A stretch of 60,202 bases of DNA, from the IMG/VR virus record IMGVR_UViG_3300004369_000751, positions 1 through 60,202 of that record, one strand, 5' to 3'. The stretch is from a virus. Its lineage: Duplodnaviria; Caudoviricetes. The stretch's first letter is position 1. The number at the start of each line of letters is the position of its first letter. The notes beneath the pieces are model-generated. The model had not been told where the DNA came from, made no database searches, and saw nothing but the letters and a program-made list of their open reading frames with translations. Positions 39,601 to 48,145 of the stretch are shown here, in pieces. A program made the position numbers and the translations under genes.

Positions 39601-42600
39601 ACTAAACAGCAGGCTTGATACCCCACTCGATGTGGTAAACATTCAAATTCTTGATGGGGTACCGGTGCTTGTCACAATCTCAGACCAACTTGTAGCATCC
39701 AATGATGGTGTTACAGACAATGTCACAGGCACAGAGATTACCAACCTTTTCGGTGGCTTAGGATTCAACGGAATTAAAAAGTTCCTTAAGGCAGCTTGGG
39801 CAAATGTAAATGAAGATGAGGCCAAAAATCAGCACAAAAAAGCTACTGAAATATACGAAAACAATAAAGCAATCATTGAAAAGTTTTGGGCAGACAACCC
39901 CAAGTACGATGGGCACGTACCCATGTTGGTTGTAAAAATGGGGGAGAACTCAATACTTTCAAACGAGGCCGTATCAAGAGTGCTTATTGAAAGGATTAAG
40001 TCTTTAAATCTTTCAGAAGATACAAAGAAAGAAGCATTTTCAAATTTGCAAAAGAGGTTAGACAAATTTGTAGAAAACTACAAAAAAGAAAAGGCGGCTG
40101 TAGATAGAAAAAATGCAAAATTAAAAGAAGGTGAAAAGAAAAAAGCAATAAGTGCAAGCACAAAGAACCCTTATTCTTTAGCTAAGTTCATTAGTGAAAA
40201 TAACATAAAGGATTTTGATGGTGTTTTAAATAGCATAGCTCAAATGCCTATTTCTGCAAGAGGGGTTATTAATAAACTATTAACATCAGGTTCAGTTAGA
40301 AAGCCCGGGCAAAAGCCAAAAAACCCCGGGGGGCCCGGTAAAGATAGTATAGCAAAGATACTTCTTGGAGACAACAAAAATAATTCTTTACTGAGCATAC
40401 AATCTATAACTGATGTATTAACAGAGCCATCGACATCTAATGTTCCAATTGGAAGTGTTATATCTGTGGTGGGTGTTAAGGTTGCAGAGAAGCAAGCCGA
40501 TGGAACATATAAAGCGGCCGGTCGTGCCATAAAAGTTGGCCATCCAAACTATGAGTATGGAGCCGAGGGAATGTCTTTTGGTGTTGTAAAAAACCCTATG
40601 ACACTCCAAAGCATAATGCCTGCCGCATATGATGCTGTAGTATCAAAAAACATTGAGAAGGTAAAAGAAAAAAAGAAACCTATTGGTACTTCAACAGCCA
40701 TGGGTATTGGCCAAGGATTGAAGGGCTTAGTAGGAAGAACCATCAGCACCAACCCTCCCAAGATGATGGCCTTGATATCACTTATCAATAAGGCTTTCCC
40801 AAATGTTTCAGTGTACACCACAACAGAAGCATTCAACCGGATACTTCAAAACACCGACACAAAGTTGACGATGAAAGGAGACGCAGTTCTCTATGGAGTC
40901 ACAGCCAACGGTGATATCTACATCAACCCCGAGGTACACAAAACAGAGTCTGAGCTGTTCAACACAATCATCCACGAGTTCGGGCACGTTTGGCTTAATA
41001 TGCTTTTGACTTCTCCTGAAGGAAGCAAAGAGAGAAAGCTGTACCAACAAGGGATAAACATCATAAGAGAAGGAATCAAGACCGACCCGAAATTAAAGGC
41101 TCTCTACGATAGTCAGATGAAGTTGTTCAACAACAACGAAGCTGATGCCATCAACGAGATGTTGGCAATCTTGATTGGTAACCGGGGAGAGATGATATCA
41201 AAGGCGAGCATCAGAACCAAGTTCAATGACTTCTTGCTTGCGATGTGGGAGTACGTCCGCGCTACATTCAAGATGTCCAAGGACATTAGCGTAGATGAAA
41301 TCTCTAACATGAGCCTTGATGATTTCTTGGGCACAGCCATGGCAGACCTACTCAGTGGCGAGGATATGAAGATATCCGATGCTCAGCTCACAAAGATGAG
41401 GAACCTAACCTCTATGGCTCGCCAAGATGACTCAATGCAGAGCATCATTGACTTGGGCCGGGAGAACGGATTCTCAGACCAATCCATCAAAGAGATTCTA
41501 ATGCGTCGTGGCTTTAAAGCTGCCGACATCGATACGGCCATGGAGGTCCGCGTAGACCTAATGACCGAACTACCCGATGCGTTTGCCAACGTAGAAGGTG
41601 GCGTGAAGGAAGGTATGAAGCTATTCGCTGACGTGCGCCAACAGCTCAGCAAGTATGCCAAGAAGAAGGTGAAGGAGGCCGATGGCACCACTCGTACTCG
41701 GACCATGTCAGAGATACGTCAGAAAGCCTTAGAGCTTCTCAAGGAGCACCCAATATTCAAGGCCCAAGCAAACATAACGAAAGATGAACTCATCTTGGCT
41801 TTCGATAGGTCAATGTCAACCCGGGCGAACAGAGGTGTCGATGCTCAGATTGCAGAGATAAGGAAGGGCCTGAAATCAAAGAAGATGGGCGTGAAGGAGT
41901 TGGCTGCTGCTCAGAAGAAACTCATTGACTTTGTATCAAGCGTGCTCCCTCAATCTAAGGGATATAGCACAGCAAGGATTGAGCGTATAGTTCGATTGAT
42001 TGGAAGCACAAACATAAACAACTTCGATGCTCAAGCCGAGCGCGTGATGAAGATTGTTGAGGCTCAGAAGGATTTGATGGCCAAGAAAGATATTGCTGAC
42101 GCTGTTGCAAGACAAAGGCAAGAGATGCGCGACCGCCGGGCCGGACAAAAAGACCTTCGTTCTTTTCAGATTACACTGAAGAACTTCATCAGAACCAATC
42201 TGCCAAAGTCCAAAGGCTATAGCCAACTTATGGTGAACCGATTGGTTGCTGCTGTAGCAAACACCACAACACAAAATTACGCAGCACAAGCTGTAAAGGT
42301 TCTGAATGTAGTTGAAAAGCAGCGCAAACTGATGTCCAACCAAAGGATAAGGGAGATTGCAAATGTGATAGTCAAGTCATCTAAGATAGCCAAGACCGGC
42401 TCAAACAAACGTAGGGCCGGCCGGGTGGATGCAGACACTCAGGCTTTGTTTGCAACAATGAAGCAGACCATGAGGGCATTGGCAATGGCTAAGAAGGGTG
42501 ACTCATCTATGCTTGACAGGATTTCAGCATCTGTTGACCCTGCGATATTGGCCGGCAAGGGCATTGACCTTGATGAAGTACAACAGAAAATAGACAACGG

Positions 42601-45085
42601 AGAGGAGCTCACCGCGGCAGAACGCGATGCGTTCAACACAACTGTCGCACTCCAAGAGTTGGGCGGTATCTTCTCTATGTCTCTTGAGGAGTTGGACTCT
42701 CTATTGGAGAGAACAAAGGAGATGGCAACAGAGGGAATCGCACGACTAAAGGCAGACAAACTTGTCTTGAGTGCTGAGATATCTTCATTGAAGCAGCAGG
42801 CAGAGGCTCAGATAAAATCTGACTTTGGATTCTTGTACGATGAGAACGGAGACCTGAAGAGTAAGAACAGGCTTGACTCTGAGTTCCGGCAGATATGGGA
42901 GAACTTCCGCAAGCTAAAGGTTTGGGAAGGTATCAAGGGTTGGGTTAAGACAATCGACTTCCAATCTCTCACCGGATTCCAAGACTTTATGCGGAAGAAA
43001 ATATACCACCTTGGTACGCTGATGAACGTGTTGGACAAGGGTGGTGACTTCTTCAAGAAGAACGTATACGACGTTCTCAATAGAATGGATGAGAAGAGTA
43101 AGCGCGGATTCCAAATGGAGATGGCGAACTTAGACTCTTTCGCACGTTCTTTTGGATTCAAGAACTACAAGCAGTTTGCTCGTAGCTTGAACGGACCTCC
43201 GGCTAATGTCAACGGAAAGCTACTCACCATCGACCAAATGATGAGAATCTATGCCCTAAGCAAGAACCCAATACAGAGGAACAAGCTGATTGATATGGGC
43301 ATTGACATCGACAGTGTTGAGTCATTCCTTACAGATGAGCAAAGGGGATTCGCTGACATGGTTGTTGACTACCTATCCAACAGCTACTTCGATGGCGTTA
43401 ACAGCATCTACTCTTATGTAAACAATGTCAACCTTGGATACGTAGAAAACTACTTCCCAACCAAGACAATTCAAACTAAGATTGATGGGAACATCTTGGA
43501 GTCCGGAGACTTCGGCTCTGTGTTTAATGCGGAGACAGCACCTGCACTAAAGGAGCGTACTGATACTAAGGGAGAGATTGACTTGTCATCAGACTTTACT
43601 GCTGTTCTTGAGAATCACTTCCGGTCGATGGAAAGGTACAAGGCCATGGCCATTGGTGTTCGCAAGATGGTTCAGATTTTTAAGATGGAGGATGTCAAGA
43701 CTTTGCTTGAGCGCACCGGAACCAAGGACATGATTATGCGCGGTCTTAACTTCGCTATCAACCCCGACTCCATGACCCGGGAACCAACGACCATTGTCGG
43801 GAAGCTGTCATCCAAGTTCACCGGATTTGCTCTTTCTTTCAAGGCCATTCAAATTCTGAAGCAAGGCTCCTCTTTTGTTCAAGCATTTGAGGATTACACC
43901 GTAAGGAAGGGCAAGCCAACACCGGTATTGGACCACATAATGTTCATGCTTGACATGGCTTACATTGTTGCCACACTTCCAAAGCAGATTAAAAAGGCTT
44001 ACGATATGTCGGCCAATGTAAAGGACCGTCTCGACCAAGGATTGGAGGGGGATGTGTATGGACTTGAGTCCGGCACCGGAGTGTTCCGGCCAATATCAAA
44101 GTCATCAAGTGCATGGGCAAAAGCAAGGAGGGCTTTCAAAACCGGAGCCGCAGCACCTACTGTCCTTGGTGATATCATTGGTGTGCTTGGATACATGGCT
44201 GTGTACAACAGAATGATAAAGCAAGGCTTCACTCACGCTGAGGCGTTGGAGGCATTCAACAACTACAACTCTACGCAGCAGTCTCGCCGGGCAACTGAGA
44301 AGTCACCAATACAGATGAGCAACAATGAGTTTCAAAGGTTGTTCACAATGTTTGGAAGCACAGTGTTCTTGCAGATGAACAAGATTGCTCAGACATCAAC
44401 CAACATCATGCGTAGTGCCAAGAAAGGCAAGATGCCAAAAGCAAAGGATGTACGAGGGTTAATGTTGAACCTTGCCATCGCAAACGTGTTGTTCGTTGGT
44501 GCTGCTAACATTGCCAAGTTTATATACGGTGATGATGAGGATGAGGAAGAGGCTTTGAAAGCCATGCGTAATGCGATGCTTGGTCTCAATGTGATTTACG
44601 CTATACCCATCTTTGGTTCTGCTATTGAATCAATGGTTGCGTATGCTGAGGGTGAGCCTGACAGGGCTGATGACACCATCAATGTGTTTCAGAATCTATT
44701 CAGAAAGTATAAGAAAGCTGAAGAGGGATTGGATGATGGTAATGTTTGGGCTGCGGTACAGCCTTTAGTTGAGATTGTTATTGGAGCTCAGCTCGACCCA
44801 TTCATTGGTATCTACAACTACTTTGGCGGAGACGAGGATATGCAAGAGGATGCGGCTTACGATATGCTTGGAATCACTCCATCGTACAGGCCAAGCAATG
44901 ATGAGAAGCCTGTATCAACTATGGGCAAGGAGGACATGAAGCGTTACTTCCCTGAACTTTACGATGAGGTATACGGACCAAACTCCCCGGGGTATGACAT
45001 TCAGCAAGAGATAAAGGAGATGGAGAAAGAGATTGAGAAGGAGCAGCAACAGTTAAAGGATGAAGCCTACGGCTACTCTGAGTAG
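33671..45085 (+). CDS. Giant (3804 aa) polyvalent ejected protein with DUF3293-like, two ART-PolyVal-like and zincin (HEFGH) domains
   Basis: WGMLTAENP...GKYGNSENSFFV; LYHST...GIHLGT...DAFVY.N..EG..SYIVFD; MYHGT...FGEGFYVT...IDGLSY...YVIFN; IIHEFGH...INEMLA. Confidence 0.85.
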   Translation: MDEQVLQDLYARAQSLGYKKGIEDFRTLIQTDPSVQDDNFAYVQSRGYKKTKEEFLGLLGMNQSTSTIPLKKKESAPSTESLSGDGSLGQSLPEITKKTLSKIGIEPQPQSKPKEDPLRFNQMPPQMQVEEAFKIIQGKGYQGTKEDFIAEYGIQVPQTQEEEYKNKDIFAQNIRNAYSSALRYSPQKKEVVAPAKAEPTLMEQTKEQFAEQFPKTIERIKKAPEEAERDKGFLETVKKGEREAELAQIQTNDQDEEFLRLVSGVDNLYIKGASEERAERELNERFKKYGIVFAQSKAGRDVLIARTADGKKSIEVPLAASTSDYNSKRLRDFIIQNGKAQTESMSEDFITKSLRAQNMRRVGRLNKDGSASTVEFMSFEQDGKFLVAPTLFPKDKLNYGADPRGWMKLEPAKAIEEARARGELFEFKTKAEAERFAEGAWKDVTMSDLEGQKFFQERGLDYFDYKNRRDEMLSIDKEQALIENVSGAIKRGEITNAKQYFSKKLSPEEAIKYSYLLNGNNLRPDLESYVQKRQQQKNELYTQVEDRTFFNDGKVQTTFEDFDVYLNKKSEESKKKAEEANKIAKEKYEELNAVSMEAFGVPAAQLMTYKPKTQDEVNVINDIKQRMSALVDLQKVAAERYYASSTFFDSKLNKAARNEYDENMSAWWSEFNSAWARGEAGAQLMKTIMGVNSVEEAGQLISEAMQDAEGGTRSRAFQTFMSAGALSEDDERAARAFWSDPFEILTNLVATSFAQLLPIGFRIVPATTVAGGLTGAGISAATTGGFGTFGGAVSGLKYGFQTGMEMANFAMEYTNSFFEAAQERGYDVKDPEQFVKAYADDAVWNETNNIGIRRGLAIGGVGLMSSSLAGKVFKVSKLASKAQKVGTFVAERAVFDPLMEGAGELLAQEWSTGTYDLKEIEGEMMGGIGNNAISAGFNIATSALKNTNIDYANTLTDISAVAEESASDERISNWAANMRRLGQIDAETEQRIQRNVGLRRESKDLLSVGDNGKIASKDSKLQARMMELMAARDEMSSTDNRREVYRNYIAQVNEELREIAETKKLRAPENAVNLSTMNAPTSAPGIPKYSINGRSMTKANFMDAVGKMSKSRFMRSRIVVDNDEATTGELNQKLIDKGFITKPKTDAIQEQSAAQVSPQVSAAVGEGVGEQVPGQEEVAGEVEQERLLEETQQQVEQSRGRLSELEAAIPAAMEVTPEVLVQATNNELAPEQLDGVLSSIADDIISETELSPEQDALVSANKARVDELVSLKSEQEALSSEVNDLETMLSQSGGFQFRAGDGVKTTRDAAWDSKTKEELPASSFESDEAFQSTIRDGQWGMLTAENPDATQVSDAENKQVNERAEEWLRSRGYNPQRIFGKYGNSENSFFVEGLSTEDAVEFAREFSQESVATDKGLVYQDGKMNPRQKGQETFAPADDFYSTIKIGDKLSDFSVSYDFDEKTESGVKPAPKKEGKTAVEGEITLYHSTPSNFTEFRVIGENDGKTESQYTELGIHLGTEEQAKKRAETKRIPKEKQRIIKVKINPKKVIRVTDKGRWTLSTYKNILFELGLIQDKKEIKSFEDVLAVLKDNNIDAFVYDNKYEGKGDSYIVFDNKNIEIEQSTGENPLQDVESTTKALEGVDTTIIEKPFGVMYHGTASQFDLPSKKEIGKGIGVSKFGEGFYVTTSKESVDKYYGLIAAANSAFQDLYPDSASMSNAKETNSFFNLQMLYDALLIDGTKESALKSVKNNLSGKKAEAAIKLINNTFDKLKVKKFTLNNDNIVDFDQPIAGSKFDSVIDEKDRPETFGELFEDLVEGNIIQNYFGEYKKGFDEKSAIRKATKILKGYGIDGLSYNTKKVINEELKLPYDVKGEKDYVIFNTSVLKPFTNKNIAQAYHKAKADNSNPELVKAVESLFGAPKSGPQTRIDTKLEQVQEIDENAELERIVGEMNELDSPLVDTSAQIESTEGASTDVQELNSRLDTPLDVVNIQILDGVPVLVTISDQLVASNDGVTDNVTGTEITNLFGGLGFNGIKKFLKAAWANVNEDEAKNQHKKATEIYENNKAIIEKFWADNPKYDGHVPMLVVKMGENSILSNEAVSRVLIERIKSLNLSEDTKKEAFSNLQKRLDKFVENYKKEKAAVDRKNAKLKEGEKKKAISASTKNPYSLAKFISENNIKDFDGVLNSIAQMPISARGVINKLLTSGSVRKPGQKPKNPGGPGKDSIAKILLGDNKNNSLLSIQSITDVLTEPSTSNVPIGSVISVVGVKVAEKQADGTYKAAGRAIKVGHPNYEYGAEGMSFGVVKNPMTLQSIMPAAYDAVVSKNIEKVKEKKKPIGTSTAMGIGQGLKGLVGRTISTNPPKMMALISLINKAFPNVSVYTTTEAFNRILQNTDTKLTMKGDAVLYGVTANGDIYINPEVHKTESELFNTIIHEFGHVWLNMLLTSPEGSKERKLYQQGINIIREGIKTDPKLKALYDSQMKLFNNNEADAINEMLAILIGNRGEMISKASIRTKFNDFLLAMWEYVRATFKMSKDISVDEISNMSLDDFLGTAMADLLSGEDMKISDAQLTKMRNLTSMARQDDSMQSIIDLGRENGFSDQSIKEILMRRGFKAADIDTAMEVRVDLMTELPDAFANVEGGVKEGMKLFADVRQQLSKYAKKKVKEADGTTRTRTMSEIRQKALELLKEHPIFKAQANITKDELILAFDRSMSTRANRGVDAQIAEIRKGLKSKKMGVKELAAAQKKLIDFVSSVLPQSKGYSTARIERIVRLIGSTNINNFDAQAERVMKIVEAQKDLMAKKDIADAVARQRQEMRDRRAGQKDLRSFQITLKNFIRTNLPKSKGYSQLMVNRLVAAVANTTTQNYAAQAVKVLNVVEKQRKLMSNQRIREIANVIVKSSKIAKTGSNKRRAGRVDADTQALFATMKQTMRALAMAKKGDSSMLDRISASVDPAILAGKGIDLDEVQQKIDNGEELTAAERDAFNTTVALQELGGIFSMSLEELDSLLERTKEMATEGIARLKADKLVLSAEISSLKQQAEAQIKSDFGFLYDENGDLKSKNRLDSEFRQIWENFRKLKVWEGIKGWVKTIDFQSLTGFQDFMRKKIYHLGTLMNVLDKGGDFFKKNVYDVLNRMDEKSKRGFQMEMANLDSFARSFGFKNYKQFARSLNGPPANVNGKLLTIDQMMRIYALSKNPIQRNKLIDMGIDIDSVESFLTDEQRGFADMVVDYLSNSYFDGVNSIYSYVNNVNLGYVENYFPTKTIQTKIDGNILESGDFGSVFNAETAPALKERTDTKGEIDLSSDFTAVLENHFRSMERYKAMAIGVRKMVQIFKMEDVKTLLERTGTKDMIMRGLNFAINPDSMTREPTTIVGKLSSKFTGFALSFKAIQILKQGSSFVQAFEDYTVRKGKPTPVLDHIMFMLDMAYIVATLPKQIKKAYDMSANVKDRLDQGLEGDVYGLESGTGVFRPISKSSSAWAKARRAFKTGAAAPTVLGDIIGVLGYMAVYNRMIKQGFTHAEALEAFNNYNSTQQSRRATEKSPIQMSNNEFQRLFTMFGSTVFLQMNKIAQTSTNIMRSAKKGKMPKAKDVRGLMLNLAIANVLFVGAANIAKFIYGDDEDEEEALKAMRNAMLGLNVIYAIPIFGSAIESMVAYAEGEPDRADDTINVFQNLFRKYKKAEEGLDDGNVWAAVQPLVEIVIGAQLDPFIGIYNYFGGDEDMQEDAAYDMLGITPSYRPSNDEKPVSTMGKEDMKRYFPELYDEVYGPNSPGYDIQQEIKEMEKEIEKEQQQLKDEAYGYSE
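33883..33938 (+). promoter_or_regulatory. Candidate -1 programmed frameshift signal
   Basis: In-frame A_AAA_AAA, 6-nt spacer, stem GCCCCAA/TTGGGGC. Confidence 0.5.
37107..37256 (+). CDS. Nested 49-aa basic protein in the +1 frame of the giant gene
   Basis: MPFKSKAQRRYLHKFQPQLAKEWESKYPVKKKLPEKLNKSVSSKRRNSK with an A-rich TIR. Confidence 0.65.
   Translation: MPFKSKAQRRYLHKFQPQLAKEWESKYPVKKKLPEKLNKSVSSKRRNSK
37225..37244. repeat. 20-bp palindrome copy 3 (in doubly coding sequence)
   Basis: GCGTCTCCTCGAAGAGACGC. Confidence 0.9.
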
Positions 45086-45507
45086 TCGGGCTCTTTCTTG
45101 TACCTAACGTACTTGAGTCCTCTCTGCTTGTCGTAGTATGCCATCAGCTCGTTGTCGTTTGCTGCCCCTTCCCTTGGTTTCCTTCCTCCCATCTTAATGA
45201 TGCCGGAGATGTCTGCCGGCCGGCCAAAGATTATGCCATCGTCACACGCCCATATAACCAATGGGTTTAGCATCTTCATCTGAAGTTTTGATATCTTGTT
45301 CACAGAGATTGGTAGTGGGTATGCATCTCTGATGTACCGGTGTCTTCCTTTTACCTCTGCATATGCCACGAGCTTCCCCTCCTTATTGAATACCTTGTAG
45401 TCGATATCATCGGGTCCGAGCTTTTTAAATGAACCACCGAATACGTTTACGTATGTTTCGATTGCTCTTCGCTCACGTATCAAATCATCTTCAGTTTCAA
45501 AGCGCAT
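45073..45507 (-). CDS. PD-(D/E)XK nuclease-like protein
   Basis: E...IDY...AYAEVKGR. Confidence 0.65.
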   Translation of the reverse strand: MRFETEDDLIRERRAIETYVNVFGGSFKKLGPDDIDYKVFNKEGKLVAYAEVKGRHRYIRDAYPLPISVNKISKLQMKMLNPLVIWACDDGIIFGRPADISGIIKMGGRKPREGAANDNELMAYYDKQRGLKYVRYKKEPDYSE

Positions 45508-45688
45508 CTCTTCCTTTTTGAATGATTATGTTTAGGTCATCTATAATTGCTTGGGCTTCCAACTTTGCCTTGGGCCAATCTTTATCTATCATGTGCTCAT
45601 AGAGCTCATTAAGATAGTCGTGAAGGGTGTTGGTGAACCTTGTCACCTTCGCAACCCTTTCTTTTTCTTTTGGTGATTGCTTTGTCAT
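45497..45688 (-). CDS. Hypothetical protein
   Basis: ORF overlapping both neighbours in the operon. Confidence 0.7.
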   Translation of the reverse strand: MTKQSPKEKERVAKVTRFTNTLHDYLNELYEHMIDKDWPKAKLEAQAIIDDLNIIIQKGRDAL

Positions 45689-46188
45689 AGTCCGTTGAGT
45701 ATTCTGTTCAGTTTTAATATAAACTCTTGTTCTTTTCCGGGATAAACTCGTGCTCGTATCGTTGCAAAGATATCATCAAACCTTGAATTTTTTGCATTTT
45801 CTTGTTCAATTTTTTCTCTTAGCTCTTTGTTTTCTTTCTCGATGTTTCGAATGTGGTCTACGATGTTCTCGACATCTTCTGTATACCATTTTGATTTAGA
45901 ATCGTTCTCGAGTATTTCTTTGCAGGTCAGATATTTTTCTTGAATTGACTTTAGTTTAAGGTCATGTTCTGCACTGCGTATGTAATGAATTACGCTTGCG
46001 TGTCCCACACCTAAGATTTTTCCTATGTGGATGTAGGTGTATCCTCTTTCTCTTAGGATTGTTGAGAATACCTGACGTGCTGAAACGTAGTCTTGCTTTC
46101 GTGTTCTCTTCTTTATTGAGTCTATGTTGAACACATTCTCCACAATTTGAATCAGTAACGTATCGTCAAAAAAAACTTGATTGTTCAT
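45685..46188 (-). CDS. DnaA C-terminal-like HTH protein
   Basis: TRKQDYVSARQVF...GYTYIHIGKILGVGHASVIHY. Confidence 0.75.
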   Translation of the reverse strand: MNNQVFFDDTLLIQIVENVFNIDSIKKRTRKQDYVSARQVFSTILRERGYTYIHIGKILGVGHASVIHYIRSAEHDLKLKSIQEKYLTCKEILENDSKSKWYTEDVENIVDHIRNIEKENKELREKIEQENAKNSRFDDIFATIRARVYPGKEQEFILKLNRILNGL

Positions 46189-46433
46189 TCTCCTGTGTGT
46201 ATTTCTGTTCGTATTCCTTTCTTAGAGAGCTCTTCAATTCTGTATTTTTGGAGAGCACTTAGTTTTCCACCGGGCCTTTTCACTTCCACAAAGAACGTGT
46301 CGGTGTTGGGTGGCAGGACCAAGAGGTCAGGGATTCCATTCTTGTTGGTCTTCATTAGTTTGATGACGTAGAATCCTTGGGCCTCGAGGTCCTTTATCTT
46401 ATTGGCTTGTATCTGCTGTTCTGTTTTCGGCAT
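46185..46433 (-). CDS. VRR-NUC domain nuclease
   Basis: EQQIQ...GIPDLLVL...FFVEVKRPGGKLSALQ. Confidence 0.9.
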   Translation of the reverse strand: MPKTEQQIQANKIKDLEAQGFYVIKLMKTNKNGIPDLLVLPPNTDTFFVEVKRPGGKLSALQKYRIEELSKKGIRTEIHTGE

Positions 46434-46668
46434 TTTTGTTTACTATTTCTACGTGTCCGGAAGTTTCAATCCACACCTTTGCACCGCATGAAAGCGGCTT
46501 ATCGTGTGAGTAGATTATTCTTGCTGCTTCCTTTCCATCTTGGCCATATATTATGGCTTCGTGTGCGTAGTCATTGCTTTTGTATGTCTTGCAGGTAAGC
46601 ACAGGTCTGTTGGCACCATCTTTATTTGCTTTGATGTTGTGCTGATTTACATGGATTATTGTTCTCAT
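46399..46668 (-). CDS. Conserved phage hypothetical protein
   Basis: IIHVNQHNIKAN...PVLTCK...KPLSCGAKVWIET. Confidence 0.75.
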   Translation of the reverse strand: MRTIIHVNQHNIKANKDGANRPVLTCKTYKSNDYAHEAIIYGQDGKEAARIIYSHDKPLSCGAKVWIETSGHVEIVNKNAENRTADTSQ

Positions 46669-46681
46669 GGTTTTTGGATGT

Positions 46682-48145
46682 TTAAAGTGTTAAATGTTTC
46701 TTAAAATGAGAAATTGTGTAGTCTTTTTTCTTGCTTACAGCCTTGTAGATTTCATCTTCAATGCCATCCTCAGAAAAAATCCAATAGATGTCGCTCTCCA
46801 ATCTGTCCTTCGTTGTCATCCGGTCTCGGCTCTGCCAATAACTCGTGGCACTGAAGTCAATGTTGAAGTAAACTAAAGCGTCAGCCTGCCTCAAGGATAT
46901 GCCCTCCCTTCCACTTACAATCTGAAGGGCTATCGACTTTTGCGTCTCTTCGAAGAGACTCAAATCTGTGGTAAGCTCATCGCCAAACACCTGAGTCAAA
47001 GCACTCAGCTCCTCCTTGAACTTGTAGAAGATGCCAATCTTCTTGCCGGCAAAGTGATTCTTTATGAACTCCGCTTTGCTTAGGTCAAAGGTCATAGACT
47101 TTCCGCTCTCAAACTTTACCGTTCCGGAGTACATCTGATGTAACTTTTGCATCAACTTCACCGGTGTGTCAGCCAAGATTACCTCATCCTTACCTTGAAG
47201 AACCAATTCCTTCTTAAGCCTTTCAATCATAGCATAAGTCGAGTCCTTCATCCTAACCCTCAGAATGTGCTCCTTTGTTTGCACAACAAAGCCTGCTTGC
47301 TTCTGACTATAGTTGATGGTGTATGGCTCCATTGCCTTTATGATTTCCTCCTTTCCTCGGCTGTAGTCTTTTATCATCACAGAGTTTATCATCTTGGTCT
47401 TCACATCAATGTACGCGTCAGCAAAACGATAGAATGATTTGAAAGAAGAGAATGGGTTGCCGGGGATTCCGTACACCTGATGGTACATCTGAGAGTACGA
47501 CTCCGGTGTTGGTGTTCCGCTCAGGAGAATCACCCGAGGTCTGTGCTTTGCAATCAAATCGCGCACGTCCTTAGCTCTGTTGCTTGGCTTGGGGAAAGCA
47601 CCAAGGCTGTGTGCCTCATCGCAGATGATGACATCCCAACTCTTCTGTTCAACCTTGTGAAGACTCTCGTAGTTGATGGTATCCATGTGGAACTCAGGAG
47701 ACAGCGTAGCGTAGTCACTCTCAATGCTGCCGATTGCTTTCTTCTTGGTTATAAACAGAACAGACTTAGCACCAATCTTCCGGCAGATGCCGAGACTTGT
47801 GAGAGTCTTGCCGGTTCTCACCTCCATGGCCAAGTACAAGAAGTCATGCTCAAAGAGAATCTGAGCACCCTTCTCAATGATGCTTAGCTGATAGTCTCTG
47901 TACTCAAATGAATTCTGTTTCATCTCGGGTAGGTTTTGATAGTGTTCAATGCTTGCACGTATTGATTCAATTGTATGTGTAGGCACGTCATGCTTGAGAG
48001 CCACGACCTCAACCATCTTCCGGCCTTGCTTGACCTTCTTTGTTTTGGTTTTGGTCGCGACACCAAGCAGTAGCCGGAGCAGCTCCACCATCATCATGTT
48101 GCTGTATCCGGGCCTCCTCTCTATTATCTTAATCTCGTTCATCAC
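46682..48145 (-). CDS. SF2 (SNF2-like) helicase
   Basis: YRDYQ, EVRTGKT, DEAH, LSGTP, SGREGISL, QSRDR. Confidence 0.9.
   Translation of the reverse strand: MMNEIKIIERRPGYSNMMMVELLRLLLGVATKTKTKKVKQGRKMVEVVALKHDVPTHTIESIRASIEHYQNLPEMKQNSFEYRDYQLSIIEKGAQILFEHDFLYLAMEVRTGKTLTSLGICRKIGAKSVLFITKKKAIGSIESDYATLSPEFHMDTINYESLHKVEQKSWDVIICDEAHSLGAFPKPSNRAKDVRDLIAKHRPRVILLSGTPTPESYSQMYHQVYGIPGNPFSSFKSFYRFADAYIDVKTKMINSVMIKDYSRGKEEIIKAMEPYTINYSQKQAGFVVQTKEHILRVRMKDSTYAMIERLKKELVLQGKDEVILADTPVKLMQKLHQMYSGTVKFESGKSMTFDLSKAEFIKNHFAGKKIGIFYKFKEELSALTQVFGDELTTDLSLFEETQKSIALQIVSGREGISLRQADALVYFNIDFSATSYWQSRDRMTTKDRLESDIYWIFSEDGIEDEIYKAVSKKKDYTISHFKKHLTL
46942..46961. repeat. 20-bp palindrome copy 4 (inside the helicase gene)
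   Basis: GCGTCTCTTCGAAGAGACTC, read as LSLFEETQ on the minus strand. Confidence 0.95.
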
